The translations under genes and the position numbers were made by a program. Shown here in pieces: positions 57,909 to 64,000 of a stretch of DNA of 64,000 bases (positions within the stretch are counted from its first letter, which is position 1; every line of letters starts with the position of its first letter). The notes beneath the pieces were generated by a model that was not told the DNA's origin, did not search any database, and saw only the letters and a program-made list of their open reading frames with translations. Source of the stretch: an uncultured Chloroflexia bacterium (lineage in GTDB: Bacteria; Chloroflexota; Dehalococcoidia; DSTF01; JALHUB01); the NCBI GenBank assembly GCA_963726245.1, contig CAVSBT010000016.1, forward strand, positions 32,001 to 96,000. The letters are read 5' to 3'.

Positions 57909-58856
57909 CTACAGGTTCACGCTCAGGTATCGCTCGCCGGTGTCGGGCAGGATGGTAACGACGCGCTTGCCCGCGCCCAGGCGCCGGGCCACGACCACGG
58001 ACGCGTGGACGTTGGCCCCCGCCGAGATGCCTACCAGCAGGCCCTCTTCGCTCGTGAGCCGTCGCGTCATCTCCAGCGCGTCCTCGTCGCGCACGGCGAT
58101 GATCTCGTCGATGACCTCGCGGTTGAGCACGCCCGGCACGAAGCTGGCGCCGATGCCCTGGATAGCGTGCAGCCCGGCCTTGCCCCCTCCCAGGACCGGC
58201 GAGCGGGCGGGCTCCACCGCCACCACCAGAATGCGCGGATTCTGCTCCTTCAGCACCTCGCCGACGCCGGTGATGGTGCCGCCGGTGCCCACACCCGCCA
58301 CGAAGGCGTCCAGGCGCCCTTCCGTCGCCCGCAGGATCTCGCGGGCGGTGGTCCGGCGGTGGATCTCCGGGTTGGCCGGGTTGTTGAACTGCTGGGGCAT
58401 GAAGTAGCCGGGGTTCTTCTCCACCAGCTCCTCGGCAGCGTGAACGGCGCCGCTCATCCCCTCGATGGCCGGCGTCAGCACCAGCTTGGCCCCGTAGCGG
58501 CCGAACAGCTTGCGCCGCTCCACGCTCATGTCCTCGGGCATGGTGAGGATGAGGTGATAGCCCTTGACCGCCGCCACCATGGCCAGGCCGATGCCCGTGT
58601 TGCCGCTGGTGGGCTCGACGATGGTGTCGCCGGGCTTGATGAGCCCCCGCTCCTCGGCGTCCTCGATCATGCTGAGGGCGATGCGGTCCTTGATGCTGCC
58701 CGCCGGGTTCAGGGACTCCATCTTGCCCAGAACCTCGGCGGCGCCCTCGGGGATCACCCGTCGCAGGCGGACCAGGGGGGTGTTCCCGACCAGGTCCAGC
58801 ACGCTGTCCGCGACGAACTCCGCCCTCTCCCGCCTGGCTTCAGAGCGCGTAGTCAA
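57909..58856 (-). CDS. cysK: cysteine synthase A
   Basis: [39 protein letters not shown]. Confidence 0.96.
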   Translation of the reverse strand: MTTRSEARRERAEFVADSVLDLVGNTPLVRLRRVIPEGAAEVLGKMESLNPAGSIKDRIALSMIEDAEERGLIKPGDTIVEPTSGNTGIGLAMVAAVKGYHLILTMPEDMSVERRKLFGRYGAKLVLTPAIEGMSGAVHAAEELVEKNPGYFMPQQFNNPANPEIHRRTTAREILRATEGRLDAFVAGVGTGGTITGVGEVLKEQNPRILVVAVEPARSPVLGGGKAGLHAIQGIGASFVPGVLNREVIDEIIAVRDEDALEMTRRLTSEEGLLVGISAGANVHASVVVARRLGAGKRVVTILPDTGERYLSVNL

Positions 58857-58875
58857 CGCTTACCCCCTCAAATCC

Positions 58876-59316
58876 CTAAATGACGTAGCGCCCGCCGCCG
58901 TTACCGGCCTGGCGCTCACGGGATGCCAGATCGCCGATCGAGACATCATCCAGAATCTTGCGAGTGGCGTCACGCACGGCCTCCCAGACCTCACGCTGAG
59001 GGCAGAAGCCGCGCTTGCTACAGCCGTCCGGCTCGTCGACGCAGGCGATGGGCGATAGAGAGCCCTCCAGCGCGCCCACGACCTCACTCAACTTGAGGTT
59101 CTGCGGTTCTCGGATGAGGGCGTGTCCGCCCTGTGGTCCGCGCACGCTCCGGATGAAGCCCGCCCGGCGCAGGGTCGTGAGGAGTTGGTCCAGGTAGGGC
59201 TCGGGGATGCTCTGTCGAGCGGCGATCTCGGCGCTCTGAAGGGGCCCCTGCCCAAAGTGGTGCGCCAGCTCTATGAGGGCGCGCACGCCGTAGTCGCCCT
59301 TGGTGGACACGCGCAA
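58876..59316 (-). CDS. Rrf2-family transcriptional regulator (CymR/IscR-like)
   Basis: STKGDYGVRAL, YLDQLL, SVRGPQGG, three Cys (C-x6-C-x5-C). Confidence 0.93.
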   Translation of the reverse strand: MRVSTKGDYGVRALIELAHHFGQGPLQSAEIAARQSIPEPYLDQLLTTLRRAGFIRSVRGPQGGHALIREPQNLKLSEVVGALEGSLSPIACVDEPDGCSKRGFCPQREVWEAVRDATRKILDDVSIGDLASRERQAGNGGGRYVI

Positions 59317-59481
59317 CGGGACTTCACCTCCCTATGTCTCGGCACAAAGTTAAGTAACTACGTCAACAATTTTAGCACGCTCGGCACTTAGCAACAAGGA
59401 GAAGGCGGTGCGTGGCCAAAGACGGCCACAGACACCGCAGATTGCTATTGGTGCTACAATGCACGCGTCCAGGGGAGTTGG

Positions 59482-60909
59482 ATGCCAGACTCGAGCCCTC
59501 AGCAGCTCCCGGAAAGCGACGAGGCCCTGGCCGCAAGAGCAGCCCGGGGAGACCAAGCGGCCTTCGTCGCCCTGTACGACCGCCACTTCCACGACATCTA
59601 CGATTTCCTCGCCCGTCTGCTGCTGTCTCGCCGGAGAGCCGCGACAGCGCTTCTTTCCACCTTCGTTCGCTTCCGCCGGCGCCTCTCGGAGGAGCACGGA
59701 CGGGGCAGCCCGCGGCTGGCGATCCTGGCTACGGCCTACCAGGCGGCCATCGAGGAAGGGCCGTCAACGGCTGAAATCGCCGGCGGCGATGAGGAGGAGC
59801 AGCTTCGCACGTTCGCACAGGTAGACCCGGACAGGCTGGCCAGCCCCGGCGAGGCGGCTCAAGCGCAGGAGGAGGCGCTGATCGTATGGCAGGGCGCGGC
59901 CGGCGTGGACCGCACAGAGTACGCCCTTCTGGACCTGCACTTGAGACGGGGACTAAATGCGGCGCAAGCGGGGCAGGTGCTCGGCATGGGGAGGTTCAAG
60001 GTGGGAGGCATGATCTCCCGCCTGAAGACGGCAGCCGAAGAGGCCTTCACTTCCCTTCTCGTGTTCAGGTTCGGCCGTCAGCAGTGCACGGAGCTGGATC
60101 AGCTCGCCGCCAGCATGGATGAGGCCGCCCTGCCGTCCGAGTCGAGGCACCTCGTGAGCGGCCACATCGCCGCCTGCGCCAACTGCTCTGAGACCAGGAA
60201 GCGATTGGTCCCGCCCCTGAACGTGCTGGCGGCCCTCCTGCCCGTGCCGCCGGTGCCCGGCGTGAAGGATGCGGTCCTCCAGGACTTGCTGTCCTACACC
60301 GCCGTCCAGGCCGGCGCCGCAGTCGCCGCTGCGGCGGCGCGAGAGGCGGCGCCACCGCGTCCTGCGCCGATGGGCCCGCCTCCGCAGCGTCCGGGCATCC
60401 CCCCGGCCATCGGCGGCTCAACGGGTGGGCCTGTTTTCCCGCTCATCATCGGGGCGGCCGTGGCCCTGGCCATTCCGGTGGCTGCCCTGCTGCTCTGGCT
60501 GGCGGTGCTCTCCGGCGATGGCGGCGACGGCTCCGCCAGCGTCGAGCCCACATCTACGCCGCTGGGCGGGGCTGCGCTGGAGGGCTGCGGGAGCGCCGGC
60601 CCTGGCACACCAGGGCTGGGCACCTGCACGCCAACGCCCACGCGAACCGCCACCCTGACGCCCACAGCGACTGCCGCCACAAAGACGCCTTCGCCCACCG
60701 GCACGGCCAGCCCCTCTCCGTCGGCGACGGCACCGCCCGTTGCGACGGCGACGAAGACGCCGGTGGTCGGAGAGACTCCCACGGGGACGGTGGAAACGGC
60801 GACGCCGACGCCCAAGCCGTCGCCGGGGCCAGGCGCCACTGCCACCGCCGCGAGCTCGCCCTCTCCGGCCCACAGTCCCTCGCCGGGAGCGTCACCCTCC
60901 CCACACTAG
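59482..60909 (+). CDS. ECF-type sigma factor fused to a Zn-finger anti-sigma-like domain, TM helix and P/T-rich tail
   Basis: SDEALAARAARGDQAAFVALYDRH; sigma4-like GLNAAQAGQVLG; HIAACANC; hydrophobic helix; TPTPT tail. Confidence 0.75.
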   Translation: MPDSSPQQLPESDEALAARAARGDQAAFVALYDRHFHDIYDFLARLLLSRRRAATALLSTFVRFRRRLSEEHGRGSPRLAILATAYQAAIEEGPSTAEIAGGDEEEQLRTFAQVDPDRLASPGEAAQAQEEALIVWQGAAGVDRTEYALLDLHLRRGLNAAQAGQVLGMGRFKVGGMISRLKTAAEEAFTSLLVFRFGRQQCTELDQLAASMDEAALPSESRHLVSGHIAACANCSETRKRLVPPLNVLAALLPVPPVPGVKDAVLQDLLSYTAVQAGAAVAAAAAREAAPPRPAPMGPPPQRPGIPPAIGGSTGGPVFPLIIGAAVALAIPVAALLLWLAVLSGDGGDGSASVEPTSTPLGGAALEGCGSAGPGTPGLGTCTPTPTRTATLTPTATAATKTPSPTGTASPSPSATAPPVATATKTPVVGETPTGTVETATPTPKPSPGPGATATAASSPSPAHSPSPGASPSPH

Positions 60910-60996
60910 GGGACTAGGCCGAAGGCAACGCCTTCCCCGAGCTGGCACCCTCGTCAGGCCGCCGCCCTGATGCTCGTATGCGGTCGGGGTGGGATT

Positions 60997-61272
60997 CTAG
61001 CCGCCGGCGACGGCGGGCACGATGCTCACCTCATCGCCCGCTTTGAGGGGCGTCTCCAGCCCGGAGAGGAAGCGCACGTCCTCGCCGTTGACGTAGAGGT
61101 TGATAAAGCGACGGATCTCGCCGCTCTCGTCGCAGAGGCGCTCCTTGAGGCCGGGATATTCCTGATCCAGGCGTCCGATGATCTCCACCAGGCTGCCGCC
61201 GTCGGCGGTGACGGTCTCGCGGTTGCCGGTTACCTTCCGCAGCGGCCCTGGGATACGTACTGTCACGCTCAA
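60997..61272 (-). CDS. MoaD/ThiS-family ubiquitin-like sulfur carrier (free C-terminal GG)
   Basis: RRFINLYVNGEDVRFL...SIVPAVAGG*. Confidence 0.93.
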   Translation of the reverse strand: MSVTVRIPGPLRKVTGNRETVTADGGSLVEIIGRLDQEYPGLKERLCDESGEIRRFINLYVNGEDVRFLSGLETPLKAGDEVSIVPAVAGG

Positions 61273-61308
61273 TGTAAGACCTCCATTGACGGGGTCCGCC
61301 GGGGCGTA

Positions 61309-61551
61309 TCAGCCCTCGACGATGTCGCCCTCCACGGGGTCGACGCGCACGCCCTGTGAGGTTACCCACTGGATGCCGCGCTCGATCTCCTGGAGGTCGC
61401 CATCCAACTCCAGCACCACCCAGCCGCGGTCCTCGGTGACGTCGGCCCGGCGGATATTAGTCACCAGGCTAAAGGTCTTGCCCAACTCGTAAATAACGGG
61501 CAGAGTGATGAGCTCCTGGGGAAAGGTGAACTTCACACGCTGCTTGGCCAT
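61309..61551 (-). CDS. stand-alone NIL-domain protein
   Basis: KFTFPQELITLPVIYEL...VTNIRRADV..GWVVLELDG. Confidence 0.85.
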   Translation of the reverse strand: MAKQRVKFTFPQELITLPVIYELGKTFSLVTNIRRADVTEDRGWVVLELDGDLQEIERGIQWVTSQGVRVDPVEGDIVEG

Positions 61552-61582
61552 GCTCTTCCCCCTCGTCGAGGCCGCCCCAGGC

Positions 61583-62830
61583 CTAGCCCGCGGGCAGGGC
61601 CTCGTCTCGCTGTTCCACGGCTTGCTCAAAGGCGCCCAGGGTGGGCTCGATGTGGAGCGGCTCCCGCAGGCGCCCCCAGACGGCCTCCTGCGTCTTCAAC
61701 CCGGCGCCGGTTATAAAGGCCACCACCAGCTCGTCGCGGCCCACGCGGCCGGCCTCCACCAGCCGCCGCAGTCCGGAGACCACCACTCCGCCGGCCGTCT
61801 CGGCGAAGACGCCCTCGCTCTCGGCCAGAAGGCGGATGCCTTCCACCACCTCGTCGTCGCTCACCGCCACCGCCGAGCCGCCGGAGTCGGCCATCGTCCG
61901 CAGGGCATAGTAACCGTCGGCGGGGTTGCCGATGGCCAGCGACTTGGCGATGGTGTTGGGCTTGACCGGCCTGATGTTCAGCGTTCCCGCCTGCCAGGCG
62001 TTGACGATGGGCGAGCAGCCCGCCGCCTGGGCCCCGGATATCCTGGTCTGCACGCTATCGACGAGCCACAGTTTAGCCAGTTCGTCGAGACCTTTCCATA
62101 TCTTGGTCAAGAGAGAGCCGCTGGCCATGGGGATGATGCAGTGGTCGGGGGCCCGCCAGCCCAACTGCTCCGCCACCTCGTAGGCCAGGGTCTTGCTGCC
62201 CTCGGAATAGTAGGGGCGGACGTTGATGTTGACGAAGGCCCAGCCGTACTTGTCCGCCAGCTCCGAGCAGAGGCGGTTCACCTCGTCGTAGCTGCCGTCG
62301 ACGGCCACCAGCGTGGCGCCGTAGACGGCGGAACCGATCAGCTTGCCCGACTCCAGGTCGGCGGGCACGAAGACGAAGGCGTCCATGCCCGCCTTGGCGG
62401 CGTGGGCGGAGACGCTGTTGGCCAGGTTGCCTGTCGAGGCGCAGGCCAGGGTCTTGAACCCGAACTCGCGCGCCTTGGTGCTGGCCACCGCCACCACCCG
62501 GTCCTTGAAAGACCAGGTGGGGTTCACGCAGTCGTTCTTGATGTAGAGATGGCTCAGGCCAAGCTCCTCACCCAGGTTGACGGCCCGAAAGAGGGGTGTG
62601 AAGCCCGCCCCGATGTCCACGGCGCCTTCGGCGTCGCAGGGCAGGAGGTGGCGGTAGCGCCAGAGGGTGAGGGGCCCGCGCTCGATAGCCTCGCGGGTGG
62701 CCGTCTTGCGTATGGCCTCGTAGTCGTAGGCGACCTCCAGCGGGCCAAAGCAGAACTCGCAGACGTTGATGGGGTCGAGCGGGTACTCCCGCCCGCACTC
62801 ACGGCACTTCAGGGCTGTGGCAAAGGACAT
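61583..62830 (-). CDS. thrC: threonine synthase (fold-type II PLP enzyme, N-terminal Zn ribbon)
   Basis: CRECG..CEFC, NPTWSFKDR, ASTGNLA, EGSKT, ITGAGLK. Confidence 0.88.
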   Translation of the reverse strand: MSFATALKCRECGREYPLDPINVCEFCFGPLEVAYDYEAIRKTATREAIERGPLTLWRYRHLLPCDAEGAVDIGAGFTPLFRAVNLGEELGLSHLYIKNDCVNPTWSFKDRVVAVASTKAREFGFKTLACASTGNLANSVSAHAAKAGMDAFVFVPADLESGKLIGSAVYGATLVAVDGSYDEVNRLCSELADKYGWAFVNINVRPYYSEGSKTLAYEVAEQLGWRAPDHCIIPMASGSLLTKIWKGLDELAKLWLVDSVQTRISGAQAAGCSPIVNAWQAGTLNIRPVKPNTIAKSLAIGNPADGYYALRTMADSGGSAVAVSDDEVVEGIRLLAESEGVFAETAGGVVVSGLRRLVEAGRVGRDELVVAFITGAGLKTQEAVWGRLREPLHIEPTLGAFEQAVEQRDEALPAG

Positions 62831-62983
62831 GACGGCGGTACCTCGGAGGCGCTCCAGGCCGCGATGAACCCGGAGCGGGCTGGACTAGCTGTCCGCTTGG
62901 GGTGGCCCGACTCGCTCGGGCCGAGGCATCGCCATCGAGTGGTAGAACATCTTGAGTGTGATTATCCGCCAGTTGTGGCGGAG

Positions 62984-63012
62984 ATGGTAACAGAGGAAGG
63001 CGAATCTGTCAA
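62984..63012 (-). promoter_or_regulatory. sigma70 promoter for thrC-NIL-Ubl
   Basis: Minus strand TTGACA-17 nt-TACCAT. Confidence 0.6.
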
Positions 63013-63028
63013 ATTGACGGAGTCCGAG

Positions 63029-63553
63029 TCACGGGCAGGCTGACAGCGCGTCCACCGCCTCCTCCCAGTAGGTGCGGTCGCGGCCCCAGCCTTCCTCCCA
63101 CATGGCGCGGAGGTAGTCGATCTGGGCGCCGTGGTAGAGGGCGTGCTGCATCAGGCGATTGCTGATGAAGTTCAGCGTGATGGGCTCGCCTCCCGGACGG
63201 CCGGGCCGGCCCAGCCGCTCAGGGAGAACCGACGGCCAGACGGCGTCGAGCTCGGCGTCGACGGCCGAGGCGAGCACCGCGTCCAGGCGGCCGCGCACCT
63301 GCTGCAAGGAGGCGAGGATGGTCTCCAGGGGCGCCCCGCGCTCGACGGCAGGCGGCAGCTCCTCGCCCTCGCGCCAGAGCCAGTAGACGATGGCGTCGCG
63401 CACGTGGCCCAAGAGCCGGGCGATGGTGAAGCCGTGGCCCGGGCGCTCCCACAGGTGCTCAGGCGGCAGGCCGTCCAGCGAGTGCAGGAAATTATCGTAC
63501 ACCAGCCGCAGCACCTGCCGCCGCCGCTCGACTATGTCTCTGGATGCTGACAT
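63029..63553 (-). CDS. DinB-family protein
   Basis: TIARLLGH...HALYHGAQI His triad. Confidence 0.8.
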   Translation of the reverse strand: MSASRDIVERRRQVLRLVYDNFLHSLDGLPPEHLWERPGHGFTIARLLGHVRDAIVYWLWREGEELPPAVERGAPLETILASLQQVRGRLDAVLASAVDAELDAVWPSVLPERLGRPGRPGGEPITLNFISNRLMQHALYHGAQIDYLRAMWEEGWGRDRTYWEEAVDALSACP

Positions 63554-63555
63554 GG

Positions 63556-63591
63556 CTATGCCCTATGCACTATGCCCTGTGCCCTGTGCCC
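63556..63591. repeat. heptamer tandem repeat (CT[A/G]TGC[C/A] x5)
   Basis: ctatgcc ctatgca ctatgcc ctgtgcc ctgtgcc fills the dapA-DinB intergenic space. Confidence 0.7.
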
Positions 63592-64000
63592 TTAGACGGC
63601 CACCGGCAGGTCGATGCGGTGTCGCTTCACCTCGGCGGCGATCTTCTCCCCCGCTGCCTGGTCCACCTCGCACAGAGGAAGCCGCAGGCCGCCCACCGGG
63701 AAGCCGACTACGTTGAGGGCGTGCTTGATGGGAATGGGATTACTGGCTGCCGTCATCAATATGCTCATGAGCGGCAGCAGGCTCCGATGGGTGCGGGCCG
63801 CCTCGTCCACCCGGCCGGCCAGGTAAGCCTCGATCATGCCCTTCATCTGGCTGCCCACCAGGTGGGAGACCACACAGATGACGCCGTAGCCGCCCACGGA
63901 GAGGATAGGCAGGGTATCGCTGTCGTTGCCGCTCCAGACCAAGAAGTCTTCGCGGGTGTTCTCGACGATGTGGGCCACCTGCTCCATGTTGCCGCTGGCC
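63592..64000 (-). CDS. dapA: 4-hydroxy-tetrahydrodipicolinate synthase (5'-truncated by window)
   Basis: ASGN, WSGND, GVICVVSHL, NPIPIKHAL, LRLPL. Confidence 0.9.
   Translation of the reverse strand, partial: ASGNMEQVAHIVENTREDFLVWSGNDSDTLPILSVGGYGVICVVSHLVGSQMKGMIEAYLAGRVDEAARTHRSLLPLMSILMTAASNPIPIKHALNVVGFPVGGLRLPLCEVDQAAGEKIAAEVKRHRIDLPVAV

Overview
High-GC bacterial chromosomal segment. Gene order and protein styles (rplI-dnaB-DnaD-tandem DnaC, no tuf between fusA and rpsJ, NIL and CxxC-x17-CxxC proteins) suggest Chloroflexota, probably Dehalococcoidia; this is an inference. Contents in order: replication genes (1-4.5 kb); NUDIX, Zn-ribbon, MoaD-MoaE and ComF genes; a SAM-I riboswitch-controlled methionine-salvage/SAM-cycle operon (mtnA, alpha/alpha-barrel protein, mtnP, GNAT, small HTH, ahcY, metK); a compositionally distinct HipA-like kinase + DUF3037 cassette; sugar-phosphate genes; the str-S10-spc-alpha ribosomal supercluster on the minus strand (20.5-41.9 kb); FadF-like Fe-S oxidoreductase + etfBA; MFS, queD, pyrE, Trm112; folK/folP; a 5xGAF-GGDEF-HD-GYP protein; and a sulfur-carrier region (Rrf2-cysK-Ubl/E1 fusion-Ubl(GGA)-cysM-JAMM, then thrC-NIL-Ubl) around a membrane-anchored ECF sigma fusion. 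Many genes, including essential ones, carry single-base frameshifts that look like sequencing indels, so several calls are reconstructed across frames. The most notable items are the kinase/DUF3037 cassette, the multi-Ubl sulfur relay with masked or internal GG motifs, the repeat tails on S17 and L15, structured leaders ahead of rpsL and a Zn-ribbon gene, and an in-frame TAG in the DnaD gene.
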